Origin: an uncultured Anaerolineales bacterium
GTDB lineage: Bacteria; Chloroflexota; Anaerolineae; UBA1429
Reading direction: 5' to 3'
NCBI GenBank assembly: GCA_964567975.1
Contig: CAZMOW010000005.1
Span: 1 to 61,819 of the forward strand
DNA length: 61,819 nucleotides
Positions 37,053 through 46,007 of the stretch are shown here, piece after piece. A program made the position numbers and the translations under genes. Under the pieces are notes generated by a model that saw only the letters and a program-made list of their open reading frames with translations, ran no database searches and was not told the origin of the DNA. The first letter of the stretch is position 1, and each line of letters starts with the position of its first letter.

Positions 37053-37754
37053 CTACGATTGCTTGGCCAGACGCAAGATCATGCCCCCCTCGAAAGTCAG
37101 TTCATCAATATGGCCGGCTGACTTGCCGTCCTTGGATATGAGATGGATATGCATCGCGTTTTTCACGCCTTTATCTTTAACGGCAGGAGCGTAGGTGCCG
37201 ATGAACACACCGTGGTGTTTTTCAGAGTAGAACCCGATGATGTTCACCTCTTCGTTTTTCGTGACATAGTTCGCTTTGGATTCCCTGAAAAGTTCGCGGG
37301 TGATGGGCTTGCCCCCCGTGCGGTCGACATTGATGTGCCACCTTAGTTCGGCGGCCTTGCCCGTCACCAGGAAAGGAAAGGCCACAGCGCCGGTGTCGAT
37401 ACCGGCGGCGGTCGCGCGAGCCTTGACGAAGCGCTGCAGGTCATAATAGGTCTTTACATCGGCAGAGACTGATTCGTCGCGCCACTGCGTATTCTTGGTC
37501 CAGGCACCAAAGATCGCCGTGCCGTGGCGGCCATTGTCCATGATAAAGCCATCGCCACGCACCCTGGTCACATAGGGCTTGCTCTCAAAGACAGTGATCT
37601 CTCCATCGAGGTCGCCACAGGCGCCCACGCCGTAGGTAGCGTTGGAACCCGACATCTCGGCAATGGGCAGGACGCCCTCTGTCTTGCCGGAAGCTACGAT
37701 GGCCGCCTGTTTCCCATAGTATTCGACCAGACCGTGGTTGTGATGCTTGGTCAT
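37053..37754 (-). CDS. alpha-acetolactate decarboxylase-family-like protein
   Basis: GVGACGDLDGEITVFESKPY and GFYSEKHHGVF...MHIHLISKDGKSAGHIDEL resemble the ALDC GTF..LDGE and HxHxxxxxxxxxxH zinc-site pattern (recalled). ATG 37754 (MTKHHNH) is preferred over the track start. Confidence 0.45.
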   Translation of the reverse strand: MTKHHNHGLVEYYGKQAAIVASGKTEGVLPIAEMSGSNATYGVGACGDLDGEITVFESKPYVTRVRGDGFIMDNGRHGTAIFGAWTKNTQWRDESVSADVKTYYDLQRFVKARATAAGIDTGAVAFPFLVTGKAAELRWHINVDRTGGKPITRELFRESKANYVTKNEEVNIIGFYSEKHHGVFIGTYAPAVKDKGVKNAMHIHLISKDGKSAGHIDELTFEGGMILRLAKQS

Positions 37755-37883
37755 GTCATCTCTCCCCGTGATTAGTTTGGGTTTGCAGGGTGCGGGTCTT
37801 GCTCTCGGGTACCATCCACATCCTCTCGCTCGAAGCGCAGCCATATGCCGATGGCTGCCTCCCCATTGTTTTTCCTTTTGTCT

Positions 37884-38846
37884 TCACTCCAGCCGTTCCT
37901 CGACGGTCATGGTCTCGGGGGGCAATCCTGTGAGTGCGACAAAGGCGTCTTCCAATGTGGGTTGGCTCGTGTTTAGGGATAACACTTTTAATTGACTCTC
38001 TCGGGCCGTGTCCACAAGGGCCGGGAGTATTTCGGAGGGGTCCTGGACGTACAGTGTAGCCCTTTTTCCAGAGATGATCACCTCTTCTACGTGATCGAGT
38101 TTCTGGAGGCCGATGCGAATCGCGTCCGCTGGATCGTCAAACGAGGCCCGAATGACCTTTCCCCTTTGGGCCAGGCTTTTGAGGTTTTCTGGCGTATCTA
38201 TGGCGACGATTTTGCCCTGGTTCAGGATGGCGATTCGCTGACATAGTTGGTCAGCCTCCTCGATATAGTGCGTTGTGAGGAGAATCGTCACGCCTCTCTC
38301 ATGCAGTTCCCGCATCAGATCGCGGATCAATCGGGCACTCTGGACGTCGAGGCCGGTGGTTGGCTCATCCAAAAAGAGGATTTCGGGCTCGTGGATCAGG
38401 GCGGCGGCGATTGTCAAGCGCTTTTTCAGCCCCGTCGAAAGGGCAGCGGTGCGTCTATCGCGCATGCCGTACAGGCCAAAGAGGTGGAGCAGCTCCTCGG
38501 CTCGCTGGGTCCTTTTCCCCCTGGGCATCCCGTGCAGCCTGGCTACAAAGATGAGGTTATCCCATGCGGTCATCTCGCCGTACAAATCCGCGACATCTGA
38601 GACTACCCCGATGTGTTCCTTCACCTCGATGGGGTGACTGACTATGTCGAGACCAGCCACGGTCGCTGTCCCCGACGAGGGTGTGCTCAGGCCCGTGAGC
38701 ATGCGGATACTCGTCGTCTTGCCCGCGCCATTGGGGCCGAGGAGTCCGAATAACTCGCCCTCTTGCACTGAAAAGCTGACGTCATCGACAGCAAGGAGAT
38801 GGCGGTAATATTTGGTCAGGTGTTGTCCGTCTATCGCTCTGCTCAT
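37884..38846 (-). CDS. ABC transporter ATP-binding protein (DrrA-like)
   Basis: GPNGAGKTT, LSTGLKKRL, ILFLDEPTTGLD. 320 aa. Confidence 0.9.
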   Translation of the reverse strand: MSRAIDGQHLTKYYRHLLAVDDVSFSVQEGELFGLLGPNGAGKTTSIRMLTGLSTPSSGTATVAGLDIVSHPIEVKEHIGVVSDVADLYGEMTAWDNLIFVARLHGMPRGKRTQRAEELLHLFGLYGMRDRRTAALSTGLKKRLTIAAALIHEPEILFLDEPTTGLDVQSARLIRDLMRELHERGVTILLTTHYIEEADQLCQRIAILNQGKIVAIDTPENLKSLAQRGKVIRASFDDPADAIRIGLQKLDHVEEVIISGKRATLYVQDPSEILPALVDTARESQLKVLSLNTSQPTLEDAFVALTGLPPETMTVEERLE

Positions 38847-40688
38847 CCTTGTCTATTGGGATCCTTTCACCTGATTCGGCGATGTGGCGGCCCACTGCCG
38901 CTGGTAGAGGCGCTGGTACGTGGGGTTATTCTCCACCAGTTCACCGTGCGAGCCCTGGCCCGCGATGCGCCCGTCCTCGACAACCACGATGCGATCGGCC
39001 TTGCGCAGGGTGGAGAAGCGGTGGGCGATGATGATGGTGGTGCGATCCTCCCGGATGGCGTCCATGGCCCGTTGGATCAGGGCCTCGGTATAGGGATCGA
39101 CATCGGCCGTGGCCTCATCCAGGATGAGGATCTTGGGATCGGCCAGCAGGGCACGGGCAAAGGCCACGAGCTGCCTCTGACCTCCCGACAAGAGCGCGCC
39201 GCTCTCCCCCACCTCGGTATTATATCCCTGAGGCAGATTTTTGATAAATTGATGTGCCTGGGCGCGCCTGGCCGCCTCCTTGACCTCCTCATCGGTGGCC
39301 TGGGGATCGCCATAGCGTATGTTTTCCATGATGCTGTCCGCAAAGAGGAACACAGCCTGGGGCACCAGCATGATCAGGCGGCGCAGATCCTCGGGGGCGA
39401 TGTGCCGCACGTCTATCCCGTCGATGCTGACTGTACCCTCCTGTGTGTCATAGAGCCGGGCCAGCAGGCGAGCGATGGTGCTTTTGCCCGCGCCCGTAGG
39501 TCCCACCAGGGCGATGGTCTCTGCGGGACGGATGGATAGGTTCAGGTCATGGAGCACGGTTTCCTCATCGTAGCCAAAGGTGACGTCGGAGAAGGTGATG
39601 GCACCCTGAAATCCCCCTTCAGGTGCCTGGGGATGCTCGGGGGGCTCTATCTCTAGGGGTTCATTCATGTATTCGTTGATGCGATCCAGGGAAGCCGCCG
39701 CCGACTGAAAGGTATTGTAAACCAGGCTCAGTTCACGGAGGGGGCCAAAGAAGCGGTTCACATAGCCCATAAAGGCCAGGAGTACACCGATAGTGAGGGT
39801 ACCTTGGGCCACCAACGTGCCCCCGTACCCCAGAACGAGGGCCGTGCCCAGCATGTTGGTGATGGTCATGATGGGAAATACGGCGGCAAAGAGCAGGCTC
39901 ACACGGAGGTTGGCCTGGAGGTTGCGCAGGCTCAGGTTCTCGAACTGTTGCACGGTAAAGGACTCTTGAGAGAGGGACTGTACCACGCGCATGCCAGACA
40001 CTCCCTGCTCCACGCCGGCGTTCACGGCGGCCAGTTCCTGTTGCACCTGACGATAGGCGCCCCGCATCTTTTTGCCCAAGTATCCCATGCTGATGATGAC
40101 CACGGGAATGGAGATCATGGTCACGAGGCTGAGGCGCACGTTGATGAGTAACATGATGACGACTATGCCAATCAAGGTCAGCACATCGCTGAACAGATTG
40201 ACAAGGCTGCTGGATACCATGTCCGACAGGGTGTTGACGTCGTTGGTGAGGCGGGAGGAGATCTGTCCCACGCGTTCCTTACCGTGGAAGGCCATGGATT
40301 GCTGTAACACCCGATGGAACAGATCCCGCCGGATATCATAGATGACGTGTTGGCCGACCCAGGTCGAAAGGTATCCCTGAGCATATTGCGCCGCCCAAAA
40401 GAGGCCGTTGAGGCCCAGGTAAAGGAGGCAGATGAGGCTCAGGCCCCTGAAATCGCCCTGCGCGATATAGTCATCGAGGGCTACCTTGCTCAGATAGGGC
40501 ATCAGGAGCACGGACCCCGCCACCAGCAACATGGCCCCGATGGCCAGCAGCAGGCGACCCACATAAGGTCGCAGATATTGCGTCAGCATGCGTACCGCCT
40601 GACGATCCAGACGGCGAAGACTGTACTCCTCCTCTTCGCCCCGGAGACGCCCCACGAATCCGCCGCGTCTGGGCATGCTCTCACTCCT
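38718..40688. repeat. direct repeat, copy A (~1.97 kb)
   Basis: Aligns with 41153-43122 at an offset of 2434-2435 nt. From 38828 to 40578 I found no differences, and all overlapping track ORFs translate identically. The flanks carry SNPs and a 1-nt indel. Confidence 0.9.
38853..40676 (-). CDS. MsbA-like ABC exporter half-transporter (TMD-NBD), repeat copy A
   Basis: N-terminal six-TM domain, then [31 protein letters not shown] 40676 (MPRRGGF) is homologous to the copy B start; the track start at 40691 adds 5 codons. Identical to copy B except in about the first 35 residues. Confidence 0.85.
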   Translation of the reverse strand: MPRRGGFVGRLRGEEEEYSLRRLDRQAVRMLTQYLRPYVGRLLLAIGAMLLVAGSVLLMPYLSKVALDDYIAQGDFRGLSLICLLYLGLNGLFWAAQYAQGYLSTWVGQHVIYDIRRDLFHRVLQQSMAFHGKERVGQISSRLTNDVNTLSDMVSSSLVNLFSDVLTLIGIVVIMLLINVRLSLVTMISIPVVIISMGYLGKKMRGAYRQVQQELAAVNAGVEQGVSGMRVVQSLSQESFTVQQFENLSLRNLQANLRVSLLFAAVFPIMTITNMLGTALVLGYGGTLVAQGTLTIGVLLAFMGYVNRFFGPLRELSLVYNTFQSAAASLDRINEYMNEPLEIEPPEHPQAPEGGFQGAITFSDVTFGYDEETVLHDLNLSIRPAETIALVGPTGAGKSTIARLLARLYDTQEGTVSIDGIDVRHIAPEDLRRLIMLVPQAVFLFADSIMENIRYGDPQATDEEVKEAARRAQAHQFIKNLPQGYNTEVGESGALLSGGQRQLVAFARALLADPKILILDEATADVDPYTEALIQRAMDAIREDRTTIIIAHRFSTLRKADRIVVVEDGRIAGQGSHGELVENNPTYQRLYQRQWAATSPNQVKGSQ

Positions 40689-41152
40689 CATATTATATGT
40701 ATGAGGGAGCCAGTTCTCCCTCGATTTGACTTTGGGGAAATCCCTGGCATCCTGGGGACTGGCCCAGGGAGCGAAACGCTATCGCTCCTTGTTGCACCCT
40801 ACGGGGTGACTTCTAAGAAAGCTTGCGTCCCTCGTCCCGATGGGTACTTCTCACCCGTATCTTGTGCCTCTGCTTCCCGCTCACCTGTGGCAGCAGCCTC
40901 AGGGCGTTTCCTGAGCCGGAAGCAAGCTCTCATTAACTGCGAGGCTGTTGATCTCATCGGGTACCAGGGATCCCCCTTGGCAAACGTCTCTCACCACACT
41001 GTACACAGGAGGTGCGTATTATGAGCAACAACCCCTTGTTAGTGGGCGTTGACGTCCACCGCAAAACGAACACCATTTGCCTCATGAATCGTTATGGCCA
41101 AGAGATCGGCCAACGGCTCAGTGTCCCAAACAATCGGCAGGGTACGGCAACG
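40689..41152 (+). mobile_element. IS110-family insertion sequence remnant: 5-prime non-coding end plus the first 44 codons of the transposase
   Basis: AGGAGG RBS, then ATG 41021. [44 protein letters not shown] matches the DEDD-type IS110 transposase N-terminus (the G.DVHK pattern). The reading frame runs straight into repeat copy B at 41153. Confidence 0.65.
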
Positions 41153-41280
41153 CTTGCCCGCGCCATTGGGGCCAAGCAGTCCGAAAAGTTCGCCCGATTG
41201 CACCGAAAAGCTGACGTCATTGACAGCAAGGAGATGGCGGTAGTATTGGTCAGGTGTTGTGCGTCTATCGCTCTGCTCAT
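41153..41280 (-). pseudogene. 5-prime fragment of a DrrA-like ATPase gene (start codon to Walker A), frameshifted
   Basis: A diverged copy of 38718-38846: MSRAID.QHLT...[29 protein letters not shown] 1-nt deletion relative to copy A splits it between two frames. It ends exactly at the Lys codon of GPNGAGK. Confidence 0.8.
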
Positions 41281-41286
41281 CCTTGT

Positions 41287-43110
41287 CTATTGGGATCCTT
41301 TCACCTGATTCGGCGATGTGGCGGCCCACTGCCGCTGGTAGAGGCGCTGGTACGTGGGGTTATTCTCCACCAGTTCACCGTGCGAGCCCTGGCCCGCGAT
41401 GCGCCCGTCCTCGACAACCACGATGCGATCGGCCTTGCGCAGGGTGGAGAAGCGGTGGGCGATGATGATGGTGGTGCGATCCTCCCGGATGGCGTCCATG
41501 GCCCGTTGGATCAGGGCCTCGGTATAGGGATCGACATCGGCCGTGGCCTCATCCAGGATGAGGATCTTGGGATCGGCCAGCAGGGCACGGGCAAAGGCCA
41601 CGAGCTGCCTCTGACCTCCCGACAAGAGCGCGCCGCTCTCCCCCACCTCGGTATTATATCCCTGAGGCAGATTTTTGATAAATTGATGTGCCTGGGCGCG
41701 CCTGGCCGCCTCCTTGACCTCCTCATCGGTGGCCTGGGGATCGCCATAGCGTATGTTTTCCATGATGCTGTCCGCAAAGAGGAACACAGCCTGGGGCACC
41801 AGCATGATCAGGCGGCGCAGATCCTCGGGGGCGATGTGCCGCACGTCTATCCCGTCGATGCTGACTGTACCCTCCTGTGTGTCATAGAGCCGGGCCAGCA
41901 GGCGAGCGATGGTGCTTTTGCCCGCGCCCGTAGGTCCCACCAGGGCGATGGTCTCTGCGGGACGGATGGATAGGTTCAGGTCATGGAGCACGGTTTCCTC
42001 ATCGTAGCCAAAGGTGACGTCGGAGAAGGTGATGGCACCCTGAAATCCCCCTTCAGGTGCCTGGGGATGCTCGGGGGGCTCTATCTCTAGGGGTTCATTC
42101 ATGTATTCGTTGATGCGATCCAGGGAAGCCGCCGCCGACTGAAAGGTATTGTAAACCAGGCTCAGTTCACGGAGGGGGCCAAAGAAGCGGTTCACATAGC
42201 CCATAAAGGCCAGGAGTACACCGATAGTGAGGGTACCTTGGGCCACCAACGTGCCCCCGTACCCCAGAACGAGGGCCGTGCCCAGCATGTTGGTGATGGT
42301 CATGATGGGAAATACGGCGGCAAAGAGCAGGCTCACACGGAGGTTGGCCTGGAGGTTGCGCAGGCTCAGGTTCTCGAACTGTTGCACGGTAAAGGACTCT
42401 TGAGAGAGGGACTGTACCACGCGCATGCCAGACACTCCCTGCTCCACGCCGGCGTTCACGGCGGCCAGTTCCTGTTGCACCTGACGATAGGCGCCCCGCA
42501 TCTTTTTGCCCAAGTATCCCATGCTGATGATGACCACGGGAATGGAGATCATGGTCACGAGGCTGAGGCGCACGTTGATGAGTAACATGATGACGACTAT
42601 GCCAATCAAGGTCAGCACATCGCTGAACAGATTGACAAGGCTGCTGGATACCATGTCCGACAGGGTGTTGACGTCGTTGGTGAGGCGGGAGGAGATCTGT
42701 CCCACGCGTTCCTTACCGTGGAAGGCCATGGATTGCTGTAACACCCGATGGAACAGATCCCGCCGGATATCATAGATGACGTGTTGGCCGACCCAGGTCG
42801 AAAGGTATCCCTGAGCATATTGCGCCGCCCAAAAGAGGCCGTTGAGGCCCAGGTAAAGGAGGCAGATGAGGCTCAGGCCCCTGAAATCGCCCTGCGCGAT
42901 ATAGTCATCGAGGGCTACCTTGCTCAGATAGGGCATCAGGAGCACGGACCCCGCCACCAGCAACATGGCCCCGATGGCCAGCAGCAGGCGACCCACATAA
43001 GGTCGCAGATATCGTGTCAGCATGCGTACCGCCTGACGATCCAGATGGCGAAGACTGTACTCCTCCTCTTCGCCCTGGAGACGCCTCATGAACCCGCCGC
43101 GAATAGTCAT
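41287..43110 (-). CDS. MsbA-like ABC exporter half-transporter, repeat copy B (probable heterodimer partner of the upstream gene)
   Basis: 607 aa with the same motifs as copy A. ATGA overlap with the gene at 43107-45038. Confidence 0.9.
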   Translation of the reverse strand: MTIRGGFMRRLQGEEEEYSLRHLDRQAVRMLTRYLRPYVGRLLLAIGAMLLVAGSVLLMPYLSKVALDDYIAQGDFRGLSLICLLYLGLNGLFWAAQYAQGYLSTWVGQHVIYDIRRDLFHRVLQQSMAFHGKERVGQISSRLTNDVNTLSDMVSSSLVNLFSDVLTLIGIVVIMLLINVRLSLVTMISIPVVIISMGYLGKKMRGAYRQVQQELAAVNAGVEQGVSGMRVVQSLSQESFTVQQFENLSLRNLQANLRVSLLFAAVFPIMTITNMLGTALVLGYGGTLVAQGTLTIGVLLAFMGYVNRFFGPLRELSLVYNTFQSAAASLDRINEYMNEPLEIEPPEHPQAPEGGFQGAITFSDVTFGYDEETVLHDLNLSIRPAETIALVGPTGAGKSTIARLLARLYDTQEGTVSIDGIDVRHIAPEDLRRLIMLVPQAVFLFADSIMENIRYGDPQATDEEVKEAARRAQAHQFIKNLPQGYNTEVGESGALLSGGQRQLVAFARALLADPKILILDEATADVDPYTEALIQRAMDAIREDRTTIIIAHRFSTLRKADRIVVVEDGRIAGQGSHGELVENNPTYQRLYQRQWAATSPNQVKGSQ

Positions 43111-45038
43111 GCTCTCACTCCTTCCAGCATTTCACCTTGGAATTGTAGATCGTACATCTCTTTATAGAGCCCACCTTCCCTCATCAGGAGCTCGTGGGCC
43201 GAATGCTCCTCGGTCCCATGCGCCTGCTCCGCGATGCGGCCCTCCTTGAGGAGCACGATGCGGTCCGCCTGCTGCACAGTCCACAGTCTGTGGGCGATGA
43301 CGAGGGTGGTTCGGCCCTCGCGCACCGTCTCCATGGCCTGCTGCATGCGGCGTTCGGTGTCCGCGTCCACGCTGGAGGTAGGCTCATCCAGGATGAAGAT
43401 GCGTGGGTCCGTGAGCAGGACGCGGGCCAGGGCGATGCGCTGGCGTTGCCCGCCTGATAGGCGCACGCCCCTCTCGCCCACGGGCGTGCCATATCCCATG
43501 GGCAGGGCCTTTATAAAGTCGTGTATCTGCACTGTGCGTGCCGCCCACTCGATATCCTCCTGGCTGGCATCGGCGCTCCCGTAGGCGATATTCTCTCCGA
43601 CGGAAGCATCGAACAGGAACACCGTCTGGAGGGCGATACCGATGGCGTCGCGCAGGCTTTTTAGCGTCACGTCGCGGATGTCGTGGCCGTCGATAGTGAT
43701 ACCCCCCTCGTCCACGTCGTAGAAGCGGGGCAGAAGGTGTACCATAGTCGTCTTGCCCGTTCCCGAAGGCCCCACCAGAGCCACCATCTCGCCGGGGGCG
43801 ACGTCCAGATTGATGTCGTGGAGCACCTCATCGCCCTCGTTATAGGAGAAATGGACGTGCTCGTAGCGGATCCGGCCCTCGATGGGGGGTAGGGGATAGG
43901 CGTCGGGCGCGTCTTTTACCTTGGGTTCGAGATCCAGGATATCAAAGATGCGCTCCGCCGCCGCCGTGGCGCGCATAAAGGCGTTCAGCATCATCCCCGT
44001 CTGGCGAATGGGTCGGAAGAGCATGTTGATATAGGTAGTAAAGCCGATCAAGGTGCCCAGAGTGATTACATCTTGTATGACGCCGCCGCCACCGATCCAG
44101 AGAACAAGGGCCATAAACACTCCGCTCAGCACATTCACATAGGGCATCCAGAGGGCGCCGATCTTGCCGGCCTCGATGTTGACACCCATGAGGTTCTCGC
44201 TCTGCCGATCGATCCGTTCCTCCTCCATCTCCTCTCGCCCAAACAGTTTGATGACCTGGATGCCCACCAGGCTTTCCTGTATGGCTGTGGTGAGATCGGC
44301 CAGTTTACGGCGTACCCTGCCAAAGACCGGGCGCAGACGCTTGGCGTAGATCAGCATGCCATGGGCCATAAGGGGGAGGAAAAAGAGGTACAACAGACCG
44401 AGACGCCAATCCCATACCAAAAGGACCGCCAGGATGCCCAGCAAGGTGAGAGAGTTGCCCACCACGATCACCACGGCCCTGGAAAAGAAATCGCTCAGGG
44501 TATCCACGTCCGCCGTGACCCGGGACATCAGGTCCCCGGTGCGAGTGCGATCGTAGAAGGAGAAGGAGAGTTGACTCAGGTGTTCAAAGACGGCATTGCG
44601 GATACCAAAGATGATGCGCTGTCCCACATAGGCGCCCAAATAGAGTCGAGCAAAATCTATGGCCCCCTGCACGAGAGAGAGCGCGAGCAGTCCCCCTGCC
44701 AGCCACCACAGGCGTTCCGTTCGACCGGCAAGGATGAACTGGTCCACGGCGTAGCGGATCAGCCAGGGCGGGGCCAGTTCCATGACTGTGGTAACAAGTA
44801 CGGCCGCGAGGACCAACAGCATTATCTTGCTGTGGGGCCTTATATACTGCAGCAGCCGCTTTAGAATGGGACCTATGTCGGGAGGAGGTTGTCCCCCCCC
44901 GGCCCCTGGACCTTTTTTCTGTCCTTTGGTGTCTTGCGAGCCACTTTTCTGACGGCTCCCCTGTTCTTGGTTCTTGCTCGCTGGTGGAGCATTTGTTTTC
45001 TTCATGATCTGAAGCGTCTCCTTTTTTATCATCTCCAC
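43107..45038 (-). CDS. MsbA-like ABC exporter half-transporter with a low-complexity N-terminal extension
   Basis: About 60 Lys/Gly/Gln/Pro-rich N-terminal residues, a six-TM domain, then GPSGTGKTT, LSGGQRQR, IFILDEPTSSVD. Confidence 0.9.
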   Translation of the reverse strand: MEMIKKETLQIMKKTNAPPASKNQEQGSRQKSGSQDTKGQKKGPGAGGGQPPPDIGPILKRLLQYIRPHSKIMLLVLAAVLVTTVMELAPPWLIRYAVDQFILAGRTERLWWLAGGLLALSLVQGAIDFARLYLGAYVGQRIIFGIRNAVFEHLSQLSFSFYDRTRTGDLMSRVTADVDTLSDFFSRAVVIVVGNSLTLLGILAVLLVWDWRLGLLYLFFLPLMAHGMLIYAKRLRPVFGRVRRKLADLTTAIQESLVGIQVIKLFGREEMEEERIDRQSENLMGVNIEAGKIGALWMPYVNVLSGVFMALVLWIGGGGVIQDVITLGTLIGFTTYINMLFRPIRQTGMMLNAFMRATAAAERIFDILDLEPKVKDAPDAYPLPPIEGRIRYEHVHFSYNEGDEVLHDINLDVAPGEMVALVGPSGTGKTTMVHLLPRFYDVDEGGITIDGHDIRDVTLKSLRDAIGIALQTVFLFDASVGENIAYGSADASQEDIEWAARTVQIHDFIKALPMGYGTPVGERGVRLSGGQRQRIALARVLLTDPRIFILDEPTSSVDADTERRMQQAMETVREGRTTLVIAHRLWTVQQADRIVLLKEGRIAEQAHGTEEHSAHELLMREGGLYKEMYDLQFQGEMLEGVRA

Positions 45039-45128
45039 TGGGAAGGATTTTGCCCCTGAGACCTTTTTTGGTCCCCAGAGTTGCGATTCTTGGTAGAGCC
45101 CCTGTGGTTGACTATCGTCTAAAACTTT

Positions 45129-45437
45129 TCAGTGACCATCCTGGATTCCCAGAACGGTTAACTTTTCTAGACTTTTGATTCCCCTTGGTTCATCTTTTTC
45201 GATAAAGATGCTCGACTGTTCTCCCAGTTCAAAACTCCCCTCGCGGTTCGTGAATAGACCCCGGCCTTTGAGGACCAAGAAAAAGACCGCGTAGGGTTCA
45301 GGGTGTGGGGGGATCTCTTGCCCGGTCTCAAAGCAAACCAGGACGACGTTGAAATTCTCCGATTTTAGAATGTCGGTTTTATTTGGTCTTTCCCCAGAAA
45401 AGTTTTGAAAAGATAAAATATCGTCTATTTTTCTCAT
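45129..45437 (-). CDS. small cupin-domain protein
   Basis: 102 aa. GQEIPPHPEPYAVFFLVLKGRG...IFIEKDEPRGI fits the cupin_2 pattern. Visibly AT-rich. Confidence 0.6.
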   Translation of the reverse strand: MRKIDDILSFQNFSGERPNKTDILKSENFNVVLVCFETGQEIPPHPEPYAVFFLVLKGRGLFTNREGSFELGEQSSIFIEKDEPRGIKSLEKLTVLGIQDGH

Positions 45438-45463
45438 TGTTTACTCCTATTCCTTTGCTAAAC

Positions 45464-45823
45464 TCAGTATCCCAGCACGCGAGCCCGATGATGCATCCGG
45501 GCAGCGGGGATCAAAAAGACCACCAACAGTATCGGCAGCAGCGCCAGGTCAAGCCAGGGAGTCAAGAACCCTTTTCCTAGCACGGCATGGTTCATCAAAT
45601 CCTGCGTACAAGTCAGCGGCGACAGATAGGCAAGCCCTCGCGCCCAGGGTGCCATCTCTTCCAGTGGGACGAATATGCCACTGATGAACATCAAGGACCA
45701 ACGCACAACGTTGGGGCCCAGGAAGCCAAAGACTTGGCCCTGTTGCACGGCAAAGTCGATATGATCCACAGCGAGGAGATCGCCATAGTAGGTGAGGTTC
45801 TGCACTTGAATGGCATCAGACAT
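45464..45823 (-). pseudogene. in-frame chimera: ABC ATPase N-terminus (to GPN of Walker A) joined to the C-terminal ~80 aa of an ABC-2 permease
   Basis: MSDAIQVQNLTYYGDLLAVDHIDFAVQQGQVFGFLGPN | VVRWSLMFISGIFVPLEEMAPWARGLAYLSPLTCTQDLMNHAVLGKGF... The junction lies between nt 45710 and 45709. Confidence 0.7.
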
Positions 45824-46007
45824 TGGTGTTGCCTCTCGGACAGTACTTCTTCCATGGCGTTTACTCCCAGGTCGGTTTTTCCTAAAAGTGTGGGGCAATC
45901 TGCCCCACCAAGAATAAGTTCCAAATGTGCTTTAAGCGCGGTTTTCTGTAACATGGCGAGGCGTACAAGCGCCAGTCAACAGCGACTGTACGCCTCGGGT
46001 TTCTCCA

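Larger units (their letters stand above)
41153..43122. repeat. direct repeat, copy B (~1.97 kb)
   Basis: See copy A. Confidence 0.9.

Noticed and set aside
37755-37844. 30-codon N-terminal extension of the ALDC-like ORF
   Set aside because: It is an Arg/Pro/Ala-rich leader without an RBS. MTKHHNH at 37754 is the more plausible start, but this remains uncertain.
38718-43122. Possibility that the repeated sequence is a CRISPR array or a tandem satellite
   Set aside because: There are only two copies of a ~2-kb unit that is a protein-coding gene. No short repeat-spacer periodicity exists anywhere in the window.
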